64,000 bases of DNA from Marsupella aquatica (lineage: Eukaryota > Plantae > Marchantiophyta): positions 14,259,375-14,323,374 of the forward strand of contig OZ316897.1 in assembly GCA_973895155.1 (NCBI GenBank), written 5' to 3'. The translations under genes and the position numbers were made by a program. This document shows, one piece after another, positions 36,281-48,788 of this stretch; the stretch's first letter is position 1; every line of letters starts with the position of its first letter. The notes below the pieces were generated by a model that had not been told where the DNA came from, searched no databases, and was given only the letters and a program-made list of their open reading frames with translations.

Positions 36281-38036
36281 GTTGCACGTTACGAAAAGTT
36301 AGTGCAAGACAGTACTTTCAACCATAAGTCCTTACATAAATAAAGTATAGTACTATATTTGAAAAGTAAAAGTATTTCAAAACAAGAATAAAATGAATAG
36401 GGGAGAGGCAAGGGCTAAGGACTACTTACATACTTATACAAAGTATTTCAAGAAGAATAAGCTGAAAAATACTTCTAGGAAGTACACCTGGTGAACCGAG
36501 ATACACAGCTCTACCTACAATGTTAATAAACAAGGGAAAAAAGTAGTCACACGGGTGATAAAGGAAGGGTTGGGTGGACAAAGAAGGGCCCCAGGAAGTA
36601 CATTTGAAAAGTGAGGGCCTTTTCAGGTATGTGTTTACCTAGAAGGGCCCCATCAAGTCTTTGCTGGGTCAAAGTATATCACAGTGCCCAAGGGCAAAAA
36701 TGCCAAACTGGAAGACAAGATCCCAAAGGCAAAAGCAACCCAATGAAGGTGAGGAAAAGAGGAGAAAGGGCCCCAAGAAAAAACAAGCCAAGGGGTCCCT
36801 AATCCAAAGTAGAGGAAAAAGTAACCTATAAACACCCTAGTGAATGAAAAAACTGAAAAGCCTGGTAGAGCTTCAAGTATATGTGATTTGAAAAAACAAG
36901 ACAAAAGCTTCTTTGACCTCCAATAGCATATTGGTGGAGCATATGTCACGATCTCTATTCTTGGTTCATGGCAGTCACGTTTGTTTTTCCCCCTAAAACA
37001 AACGTGACTGCGTTTCAATTGGGATCTTGTCTCCATGTTGACGTCGTTTTCTACTTTGGCAGTGTGATATTTAGGAAAGTTGGTCTGCGAATCAATTTGC
37101 CATTTGCCATATGTGGCAGGTCTCCCTGTTTGGCACTGTGATATATACTTGAGTTAATGTTCGAATCAACGTGCCATATGCGACAGCTTACTGTGAGACA
37201 TTCCCTCAGGCCTCAGACTTACGTTACTGTACTCTGTTTGGTGGACCATACTCCAGTACTCCACACTTCGCATCTCAGCTTAGCTAGACAGAGCTGATTG
37301 CTTCTCCCAAAGCAGGTTAGAACGTTCGACTCCTTGGGTGATTTCCGAGACGGTTCTCGTTCGAGACCCAAGAAGCTTCATGCTTCTGCGTGATTCGGAC
37401 TTTGTGCCTGGCATTGGTCCCAATCTCAGGTATTCTGCTAGGTACATCTTCTGCCAAATCGATTGGTCACTGGACAGTAGCAGGTTACTGGAAAGTGTTG
37501 TTCACTCTCACGTCTAGTCCTGTTTGCTTGAGGCATGGACCACCTTTTCCACAGCAGCCCAGACCAAACTAATTGCTTCTCTCAGAGCCACAATTTAAGC
37601 TCGGCTCTAATTCAGGGGCTATTCTGCAACTCTCAAGTTGTTGGGCTGTCTGGCTAGTAACGAAGAAGCGAGTCTGGAACTGAAGCATTTGTACTGTGGC
37701 TTCGAGGTTCGAAATTAATTGAGAGTGTCTTTCACGGTTGGCTGTCTGTCCACTTGAATGTATTTTTAGCCTCTTGGAGGTCTTCCGATAGGCCATTCCC
37801 GAAACTTATCTTTCTTTGTATTCTAGTAAATATTGAGGAATGCGATTTTCTTAAATTTGGTTGAGTACAGCAGTTCGTCAGGTGGTAGGTTGAGTTTCCT
37901 ATGGTTGGCAGGGCTTAATTGTTAGTCTTACCAGGCTCTCACAGGTTGATTTATCTGAATTGGAAGAAGATTCTAGATCTGTACGTGGACGGATTCGAGG
38001 CTTACAGTTGGGTGACGGGCTAAACAGAGTGATATC

Positions 38037-41000
38037 ATGGGGGCCAGCAAGACGAAGGGGACTGGGTTTGGGTCTCGCTCCACAGCTGAGAAGGTGACCG
38101 AAGGTGTCAATGGCAGTGGACTCACAGCCATTGTGACAGGTGAGTTGTTTCTTGACATTTTACTCACAGCCATTGTAACAGGTTGAGAAGACAGTTACTT
38201 GAGAAGCTTTCCTGTCAGAATCTATCCTGCTTGTAAGATGTAAGGCCTTCCAGGTTTTAATGCCCGAATTCCCTTGCGGTGCTTGAAATTGGAATTTTGA
38301 GTGTTTCTCAAGGGGGAATTTGCCTTCGACTCCATCACCATCTCGACAACAGAGAGAGCCCTCAATTCATATCTGCTCGGTTGAAGCAATCAAGTGTTTC
38401 AACTCAGATCGGTTCAATCTAAATCCAATTCCGTGTTTTTAATTATTAAACATGTATCAACCAATTTGAGTCCATGGTGAGTCGGATCGATCCGTCTCCT
38501 TAAATTCATTCAATTCAGTCAGAAGTCGGCAGGATTGTTGGCTTCACTGTGATTCGATCCTTTGCGTATGGGTCCACGTCAAATCCAGAACCCCGAAAAT
38601 TTGGAAGGATTCTATTTAATCTCGCAGGTAGTCTTGGCCAAATGACCTAGAATTCAACGTCCGGAGAACCTGTTTACAATTGTGATTGCAGATTTCGATG
38701 GTCATTACTGGTTAGCCTTAGCCTCAACACAATGTTCGAGTTGTACATCATCTATTGAAATTGGGTGAAACAGCAGCCTGACGTGCCAAGCAGAGTTGTC
38801 CTGCAGACATGTTTAAGCTGACGACCGATGCGTATTCTGAGCTTTACAGGAAGTACAAATGGAATTGGAAAGGAAACGGCGAGAGTATTTGCAAAAAGAG
38901 GTGTGCATGTCTTTATGGCTGTTCGCAACTTAGAATTGGGAGAAAAAGTCAAGGAAGATATCTTGAAGGAGACTCCCACCGCGAAAGTGGATGTGCTGAA
39001 GCTGGATATATCGTCGTTTGAATCCGTGAGGAAGGCTGCGGACGACTTCCTGGCACTGAACTTACCTCTCAATATTCTAGTGTAAGCACCGTGTCTCGAC
39101 GTATTCCTTAATCTCAAGTACAACATTAGCGGAGTTTATATTTTATCCAAATGTCTTACATCTACATTTTGATTTACAGAAAACTAGGAACTCAACTGGA
39201 GTGAATTAGATTGTAGCCGGCTAGATTCTTTGTCAACCTATTTTTTAGCTCCAAGGCCAACCTCTGAAGTTAGAAGTATTGTCCGAAGGTTACTTTCAGT
39301 ATCAAACTTTGAACCAAATTAATCTCGGGACCCTCAGATGTAATGCGGGAATCATGTTTGTTCCGTTTGCGCTGACGAAGGATGGCATAGAGAAGCAGTT
39401 TGCCACTAACTACCTCGGTAAGCAAATTGCATCCTGTTTGCCCCCTTATACCGAAATGAAGGCGTTGCAACTTCGTCCATATGCCACCTAATAACTTGCT
39501 GCATGCGAGTATGTGCTCCTTTATTGTTTCACCTTTTTGGCCGGGCTGAATTGCAGTTGTATTGAGCCTCTACATTTGAAACGTACATGTACATGGTAGC
39601 CATGTTATTTTGCAGTTGGTAACCATCAACGTGGATAATGACTTGTAGGGCACTTTCTTCTAACGAACCTTCTGCTCGACAACTTGACGACAACCGCTAA
39701 AGAGTCAGGCATCGAGGGCAAGATAATCAATGTCACATCAGTTGGGCATCAGATATTCGAGTACGAAGGAGGCATTCGCTTTGAGAAACTGAATGAGGAG
39801 GATGGGTGAGACTGCTGTTGAATTTCATGCATTTTCTTGATTGTCTGGACTGTTCAGCAACCTAGATTTTAAAAAGGACATATAGCAATACGATTGTTCT
39901 CTTACACTTTACCCCTAGGTAGAGTAAATTCGTTACATAAAGGGGAAGCTGAAGAGAGTATCCATCGGACTGTTTTCCATTGATCATTCATACACCGTGG
40001 TGTTGCATTAGTCTTGAATCCATCATTGAAGCTGCAGATTTGTGCTTTTGGGTAATGATTAACATTAGGTGCCTGACATACATGATGATGAAATTGCTTG
40101 AATTCTTGCAGGTATTCTCAATATAAGGCCTATGGGCAATCTAAACTTGCACAGGTTGTGGTCACGTGTGAACTCTCGAAGCGCCTTCAGGTAATCTGTG
40201 CACGACTTCAAACGTTCTTGTGCTAATTTGGGAAGGGCCTAATACATGAACTTTCCTACAGAGCCAAACAAGTTGCCAAGCTCCTCACTGTCTTCGCTAG
40301 ATTTCTCTTCTACTCAGTTCAGCTTCTGACCCATTGCTTCATGGATGGTCTCGTTTCTCTAAACAGTTGTCCGTGGTCAGAAAATAATACAAATACACAC
40401 CCTCGAACTTGTGAACTGTTCGGAATATTCAGTTGTTACAAGCTAGAATTTACGGTCACTTTTATTTGGTGGCAGTTGGACTAACATCATTATACATTTG
40501 CTGGTACCGTATATGGAGTAAAATCTAGCTCAAGATTAAATTTTCTGGATAAGCAGGACGGAGGAGCTAATGTCACCGTAAATGCGGTCCATCCTGGTGT
40601 AGTCAAAACAAATATCGTCAATGGTGAATACCATGGAATACTTATGAGAGGTAAAACAAATCCTTCACCTTTACTGAGATCAGTTGATACATGATTTCTG
40701 GTGCAGTGCAAGTCTGACATCGTCAAAAGATTTCACATCAACCTGCTGGAATCGCTTCATTTGCTGTAGTTTCAGCTACTAACAGACCTACTTGGTTTCG
40801 TATGCAGGTGTATTTGCAATCATGCAGAATGTGTTGCCTGTCATGAAAAGTCCAGCTCAGGCAAGTTTACCTTCTGAATACTATCAAACTGATTACTGTT
40901 AGCTTTGTTTGCATCTTGGGGTCATTGAACTCACTTAGAACGACACACATTGATGCTTCAATCCATCACTACACCACAGTAAGCATTAGATTAGTATCCA

Positions 41001-41587
41001 AAGTACATATCATATCTTACTAATAAAGCAGCGCGATACAAAGCTACTTGCCAAGGCTATCGTCTACAGTGAAGCCAGCCTCCAGACCGCATTGTAAAAA
41101 AAAAAACACAACTGGAGGGTGAGCGTGAACACAAGGATGGGGGCAAAGATGAACGAGAAATAACATAGAATTATTGTTTTTGGTGGAATGTTTTTTGTCT
41201 TCTCTATTTATGTTGAAGGAACGGGTATTAGGCTAGTGTTACGTACTAGTAGCCACAAGTTGCGGCACATTCAGCTTCACTTCCGGGAGAATCAATGCAT
41301 GTACGCTATCTTCTGCAAATGATGCAGTGATTTTCTTTCTTAGTGCCCACACGATGATAAGAGTCTTTTGAGCGTGGTTTCGCAAAATACTGAATGCTAT
41401 GGGGCTTGTTTTAATGCAGGGTGCTGCCTCCCAAGTCTATCTGGCGCTGAACCCAAAAGCCGCTGGGGTGACAGGCAAATACTACGATGAAGCGAATGAA
41501 TCCGAATCACAAAGTAAATTCGTTAAAGATGCAGATTTAGCAAAGAAGCTTTGGGACTTCAGTGTCCAATTGACTGCTCAAGCTTAG
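38037..41587 (+). CDS. Short-chain dehydrogenase/reductase, Tic32/retinol-dehydrogenase-like, 8 exons
   Basis: Exons 38037-38139, 38850-39081, 39338-39417, 39649-39805, 40112-40190, 40557-40650, 40808-40860 and 41420-41587 splice in frame; motifs TGSTNGIG, CNAG, GHFLLTNLL, YGQSK, VHPG. Confidence 0.92.
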
Positions 41588-43375
41588 TGTGGCTCCCTGT
41601 ACACTACATAATTTGTACTTCATCAACAAATGTAGGGCCTTTTTGTATTTCATCAAACAAATGTAGTACCTATCAGGTAGACATCTACAACCCAACCTTC
41701 AGGCTTCCTCTTATTTATAAAGTGTCAATTACAAAGCTAGAGTTGGGGCCTAGGCTTCTAGAGTGAAGCCTCTAGACCTAAACTCTATGGCTCAACATGT
41801 GGATGTGATAAACTCATGACTATGATGTATAATGTATGTCAGATGACAATCATTTTTGCCATGATTTTTATTTATATTAAAAATGAGCTCTAGGGCCCCA
41901 CCATAACATATGTGCATAGAAAGAGGGATGTGCATAGAAAAGAGTATGGTATGTTATGTATTATTATTAAAATGATGACAGGCATGATTGTTTTTTTTTA
42001 TGATTTTGGTAACCTTCAAAAAATGTGAATAAGAAATATATTTTGGTGAAATCTTTATTGTCCACCCGCTATTCATGTTCAAAGAACGGTGGTACATAAA
42101 CTAGGTACGTATTTAGGATTGTACATTATCACATTTGAGCTTTTAAGTAGGTTGCCACTAATGATGACAGAAATGACAATACTGTCACTATTTTTCTTGT
42201 ATTTGGAAATATGCCACACTTTTGCTCAGTCTACAATGACTTGGGTTACCTATAGTGCCACATGTTTCTTCCGGGGTTTCTTCCATATTGACTCTAAGTT
42301 CCATCCAGGTTATTGTCTGTCCAGGTTTTTGAAACTTTGGTTGGTTGCACTTCAGCCACCTTAGTTCACTGCAGTGCCCAGGGATTTTCATTTGAAACTC
42401 ATGGAGAACAACACAGAGCGCGAAAGCAATGCAAGAATGAAAAGCTACACTTAAAGGGGAAGGAATGTTTAGTCATGTGGGGTTCATATTATGAATTTGG
42501 TGTTCGTAACTTTTCCTGCCTGTAAAAGTAATGTAGTCGTCAAGGTACATCAACTTTTGACTTATGGGATTCCTTATTCAATGGTGCCCAATATTGGGCT
42601 GCCAATCACGGACCAAAGGTGATTTGTTTTTACTGTGTGTGGATGCACAGAAGTGCAAAGTTTGTTCAACATTAGTTCTCCCAACAAATGTAGCAGGCTC
42701 CAGTGAGACAAATGAAGTTTCAAATCTAAGCTTCAGAAATGATTTGTACCTGGGTGAACTCCATTAGTTATCAGTTACCCATGCATAGAAATAAAGCTAA
42801 ACAAAGTACAGTAGAGTAAAAGCAAAAGAAGTCTGGAGTGGACAAACACAATTGAACTCCAAACTAAGCAAAGTGTGACTGGTGGGGTTACCATTCTCAT
42901 AGTCTAAGGGGGCTTTCGAGGGGACTTTACAAGATGGTGGGGGCAGTTCAGCATCTCTCCATCCAAAGCTGAACTGACGGCCAATTCCATACAGTAAACT
43001 TAAAATGCCTGAGGCAAAATGTGTCAGGTCTGGAAATAAGAAATGCAATACCCTGAATAGAAGCGTTGCTTGCTCCATTCTTTTAGACCACCTCAACCAG
43101 AGGTCTAAGTTTTTGACAAAGAAACATCATTCTACACATCAGCAAAACAAGGGGCAACCACTTGCTCCATACTTTAGACCACTTCAAGAGGAGTTCTAAG
43201 TTTTTGACAAAGAAACAAGTACAGATCAGTACCAAAAATAGGGATCCACAAGGGGCCTATTGATAGATGATTAGTGCAAGTTAGATAATGGTTTTGCCTT
43301 ATTGTACCCCCAAGCTCATGTAAAGTGAAGTGCAGCCCGTTGTCATAACTGAATGGCTATGATTCATCTCAGGCA

Positions 43376-43719
43376 TGTTAGATATTGCTCTAGTCTTGTG
43401 ACTCTTGAGCTAACTACAGTTAGGCTAACTCGGGTTAGGACTTAGCTAATGTTAGCGGTAGTGCTGTTGTGCATATAGCCAGGGCTGATGCCAGACCCTG
43501 GTGGAACTTTGGCTCATTGTTACGGAGCTAGTTGAGAGATAGGGAGAGCTTGTGCTGTGGATGCTTGGTATGGCCGGTCGGCCTAGAGTGCAGTAAAGCT
43601 CTTGTGTGTTCCCGTGGACGTAGCCTCATGTGGAGGTGAACCACGTATCTCTCTGTGTCGACTATTGTGCGTTGGATGGTTCATGGGCTTGCCGTTGCGA
43701 ATGTCGTCTATGCTCAACA
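43376..43719 (+). mobile_element. Solo LTR (344 bp), probably Ty1/Copia-type
   Basis: TGTT...AACA termini; 5-bp TSD AGGCA at 43371-43375 and 43720-43724; U5-like cccgtggacgtagcc...gaaccacgta. Confidence 0.85.
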
Positions 43720-44020
43720 AGGCATGGATAAAAAAGAACTACTGCCAGCCCAGAGAGGCATGGCTCCATGGTAGCTCACTTGAGTGGAGATTGATAGGTA
43801 TTGAGTTCAAAGATTGTGATTCACTGTTCCCTTTCTATGGGGTTTCTCAGATTTCCCCTTAAAATTTCTTTAAAAATAAAAAAGGAAGTGCTGCCACTAG
43901 TTCTTGTAAAGCCATTCTCAAGAGGAGGTCTAAGTTTTTGACACAAAACATGTACACATGAGCAAGAAAATGGGACACACAAGGGGTTCAGGTGATGGTT
44001 TTTTCTGATTGTGCACTCAA

Positions 44021-44725
44021 GTTCACGTATGGCCTGTTGTCACATTTGAAGGGTAACGATTTCATCTCTCAAACATGGAAAAAAAGAAAAGAACTGCTGC
44101 CCCGAGTTCTGGTAAAGCCCCCGAAGCTACTTTTAAAGTACTGGAGTGCTAGCTCTCAAGTTCATGTATAGTGAAGTGGGGCCTGTTGTCACATCTGAAT
44201 GGCTAGGATTACATCTCTCACACATGGAAAAAAGAAAAAGAACTGCTGCCCCTAGTTCTGGTAAAGCCCACGAAGGAGCTTTTAAAGTACTGGAGTGCTC
44301 TCAAGTTCATGTATAGTGAAGTGGGGCCTGTTGTCACATTTGAATGGCTACGATTACATCTCTTACACATGGCAAAAAAGAAAACTAACTGCTGCCCCGA
44401 GTTCTGGTAAAGCCCCCAAGGAGCTTTTAAGTTCATGTATAGTGAAGTGGGGCCTGTTGTCACTTTTGAATGGCTATGATTACATCTCTCACACATGGCA
44501 AAAAAGAAAAAGAACTGCTGCCCCTAGTTCTGGTAAAGCCCCCCAACCCGAAGGAACTTTTTAAAGTACTGGAGTGCTCTCAAGTTCATGTATAGTGAAG
44601 TGGGGCCTGTTGTCACATTTGAATGGCTACGATTACATCTCTCACACATGGCAAAAAAGAAAAGAACTGCTGCCCCTACCTTCTGCTAAGGCCCCCCGAA
44701 CCCGAAGGAACTTTTAAAGTACTGG
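44021..44725 (+). repeat. ~125-155-bp tandem repeat x5, with degenerate relatives at 43.3-43.9 kb
   Basis: gttcatgtatagtgaagtggggcctgttgtcacatttgaatggct... recurs near 44021, 44160, 44305, 44431 and 44584. Confidence 0.9.
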
Positions 44726-46123
44726 ATAGAAAAGACGAGGTTGCAAAATTTCGGAATACCCGTAGGATATACTTCTTGGGTGCTGAAAGAAGCACACGAA
44801 GAAACGCGAATGAGTTGCTCGTGCACTCATCAATTCACCTCCGCCGGATCGACTGAAAGAATGAGTACACACGCAACCGAGCCAGGTTGAGGCGAAGGTG
44901 TTCGTCCTCACGACAATTGGACGCGAGGAGAGCATTTTGCCCTGTGGGTCTGTTCGTTTCTATGGCGCTCAGTTTCGGCACACCTCCTCTCCTCGTGTCT
45001 TCACCACCGAGTTGGTCTACAAGTTCTCTCACACTTTGCCATCGCTTGCAATCTGGAAGGAAGAATTTGCCAGGTTCGCTAGCATTTGTTGATTTTGGGT
45101 CGAGAACAGGCATTGGCTCTTCTCGACAGCAACGTACCCCCAGTTTTTATCATTCTTTCGGAAGGGATGGTATTAACAGTTTTCTCACAAGGTATCTATC
45201 TTCTATCTACTCCTAGATCGCTGGGATGGAACTGTAGCTCTTTCATAACTTGCAGCTGCGTACTTTCGTCCACTTTCTTTCAGTTCCCAACATGACCAGT
45301 TCTGTGATGGTATCACCTTCAAGCTGCGCGAGAGATAAGAGTCCCTTTTCCCATTCATTCCTCCTGTACACCGAGTCGGAATTTAGACAAGAGGCTTTAA
45401 AGATGAACAACATGTGGTGTTGCATTGAATTCTGTTTCGGGGGGGGGGGGGCGGTGGGGGGGGGGGTGCCTCTCATCAACACCCTCATTCTAACAGTAAT
45501 CTTTTCGAGGGCCAAAGCTTGGAAAGCGAATGCTGTAGGGAGCAAGAATGTGCGTCGGACAGCGACTGGATCGATCATAATAAGCTTATTCCAGTGAAGA
45601 TAAATGCGGAACTTACAACGACGAAAGTAGGCTCAATTTGGATAATTTAAGGAACAGTTGGCTGTGTATAGGGAATAATTGAAGACTCTTCCCCACCCAG
45701 AGAACGATGGCGTCCTTTCTGCTCAGCCATTGAAACGGGAGATTAATTAATCTCTTACTGTGCTATTGGAATGGTTTCAACAGTTTTCCTATTGCTGGGG
45801 ACAACATTTTGCTGGGCAGGGCAATTTTATGTTCTTTGGAGTTGCCACGGCAGAGGCCAACCAAGATAGAAACCTGCGTTGTGTGGGATGGATTTATTCT
45901 CAGACGAAGATTATTCACATTCTTATAGAGGATTTAACCAATGGAGGTTTTCCTTACAGAATCTTCTATTGGTCAAGAGACCAAATGCATAAATTGACGA
46001 CTGGTGTGCACCAAATCGGTCCACTCCCAATATGTTCGCTACTGAATTATGCATTGACGGTTTCCGCAAATATTTTGATTCGCAGCCGAGTCTAACGAAA
46101 CTTTCACACTGATGTGAACACAG

Positions 46124-48788
46124 GTCCCAACAGAGTATCCCACCCCCGAGGAGATTGGCATCATTCCGAGTGCTTTGTAGCAAATCGCAAGGAGGACAGA
46201 TAGCAGAGGATCCAATTGTGGAGAGTGAGCAAGGACCACACTTGCGATGGATTTTGTTAGCAGCAGGTGTCGCTGCAGCTGCCGGAGTTGTCCTTCTGAG
46301 GCTGAACGGAGGGAGGTTGCCAAATCTGGGAGCTTCCGGCCAAGCACTAGCTCTCCAGGCCGATCCTGGCTTAGTGCCAGCGGTTTCTTCAGAGGGGGCC
46401 GCCCGGTTCAATGTGAACCTTCCTGGACTTGGGAACTTCTCTGTAGGAGAAGTGACTCCTGGGTATGTGCCCTAAAGCACTCTAAACTCTGAATCCTTCA
46501 TTGACTGTCTTGGATGGGATTATAGGGCTTTCGTAGATGCCTTCCCTGATGTGTATTACGAACCTTGGCGTTGTCTCTGCTTGAAAAAGTTTTCCCAGCA
46601 ATTGGCTGGTTGTAAAGTAATTGGGTTGTTTTTCATATGGTTTAATGGTTTGAAACTGAAGGTCAACAGAATGGTTGAGATGCTGGAAATGCGTGGGCAG
46701 GATTGGGACACTTTGTTAGACGATCCAGCATCTTTTGCTCCCGGGGCTCATCCTTTCAAGGATACGAACTTAAGATTTTTGATGGCACCAAAGTAGAATC
46801 CGCGTTGTTTACTTCTAAGCTAAACTCTGTTCTGGTAAAGCATTGAAAGATGTCCTGTCTCTGGTTGGCAGGTGGGTGTACTTCCTACTACTAATGGCTG
46901 CAGGGTTTGGACTATTTGTGAGTGAGGAGGCCCTGAATGTCTGGGTGCGTGCTTCAAACTGGTATTCCGTTATCCTCCCTCCATATTGTATCACCATAAA
47001 CCTCGTCGTGTGCCCCTTGTGAACTCTATTCTTCTTCAGCTTACCGATACACGGCAATAGTGCTTCTATCTAGCATGACAGCCCCCCTGTGGTACGTGTT
47101 TATGACTTTAAAGCTTGTGACAACTGGATGCACGCTCTCGCTGGTTCCAATGCGATCAGCCTAGATAGAGTTTCTTGGGCACAACTCACCTCTAACAAAA
47201 ATTGATTTGAGTGCAGGTCGGTGCATCAATCGGCCGTTTATTAAATTATGGGTCCAGGCAAGATTTTTTGGCTTCACTATCAGCAAACGCCCCCTACATA
47301 GTATCCACGATTGTGTGGGTCTACTGGTAATATAGAACATCCTTGTCTGAATTGTGCTCTTGTCTTGGGTGCCGTAAACCTTCCTTATTATATTGCCAAC
47401 AGGCTACATGCAGCTGGAAATTTGCTAATATCCATATATATGCTTGCAGGGGAGTCTGTCTCAGTGACATGGTCCCTTTCTATGCTGGAAAGCTCGCGTC
47501 TAGAACGGGTGATCAGCTCAGTCGAAAGGTTTGACTACTTCTCACTGTCCCTTTCATCCTTTAGAATCGATCAGCTCAATTTCACTTGTCTTTTTATTAT
47601 CCGGAGGTGTATACACATGCTGTCTCAACCCCGTGCACTCAACAAATCGGGTTATTTCACAGCATCTCTGGGCTACGGCGATGACCTACCACTTTCTTTT
47701 TAAGATAAAGGACATGCCTTTGTCAAACTCAAAATTCCAGCTCGTGACTTTACTTAAGGCAGACAATAAGGATAAAGAAGGCATTGTGATTATAGTAGAT
47801 TGATGTTGTTCATGGTGCAGCTGGGAGTGAGCAAAGAGAAATATGAGCAAGTTAAAGGCAACGTTCGGCGATATGGAAACTTAATTGGTTTTGGTGAGTT
47901 TTTGCACAGGTTCCCTTTGAATTCCGTCTGTTGTAGCAGGATTTGTGAAATTAACCGCTAGGAGACACAGATTATGAGGCTTTTGGATTAACGAGTCCTT
48001 AAGATATGAACATTTACGGAGTTATTTGTTCACTGAACACCATCACTCTATGGCAGTGGAGCGCTTTTCCATCGGTGCGCGCAATCCAACTTCTTTCCTG
48101 GCAGGTGTTGCGGTATGTACCTTGAAATTCCTGCAAATTCTCATTTGAGAAGGAACTTGTAGGTGTTTGATGATTCAATGGTGACTGGCACTATTGCACT
48201 TGCTTAAAAACAGATGCACCATACTGGAACGTCTCTGAAGCTGTGATTGTTGATATAGGAAATCTCACCGGCAAAATTCTTCGCAGGAGTTTGCGTGGGT
48301 GGTCTCATTACTTTGCCGATACAGGTACAGGGGGCTTATGCCACAGCTCTTTTTTCTCTTTAATGGAGAGTTTGTTCTCTGCTGACGGTCTCATCTCTGC
48401 AGTATACATGCTTCACAAGTTTAGGATGACCTCCTGATCTCACTGGGATATATGAATTCAGATGAGTATTGGATTTGTGCTACGAGAGCGTCCTGTTGCA
48501 GCTTTGGCTGGTGTTGCAGCTGTTGTGGTAAGAGCCTCAGTCAGTTCTACTCTCTTGTCCCTTATCACTGTTCTATATTCTATAATAATGGATGTGATTG
48601 AATCGTTTGATCGCCACAGTTAGCTCACACTGTCCGTAGTGTTAGCTCAAACTATGGAAACCATTTGTTCAACGGTGAATTGGGACGTGTGATATGTGCA
48701 GGGTACGTTGACGGTCTTCCCATACGCTGTTACAGGGATATTGTCTTTATATTATTTGGTTTTGCGGAAACTCAAGCCATCTCAGTGA
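46124..48788 (+). CDS. DedA/VTT (SNARE-associated)-like membrane protein, multi-exon, possibly plastid; first exon(s) not resolved
   Basis: Spliced exons read WVYFLLLMAAGFGLFVSEEALNVW / GVCLSDMVPFYAGK / YGNLIGF / VERFSIGARNPTSFLAG / ISPAKFFAGVCVGGLITLPIQ / ...KLKPSQ*. Confidence 0.75.

Noticed and set aside
44962-45073. Transit-peptide first exon of the DedA-like gene
   Set aside because: Plausible composition, but I could not splice it in frame to the 46124 exon, so it is left unassigned.
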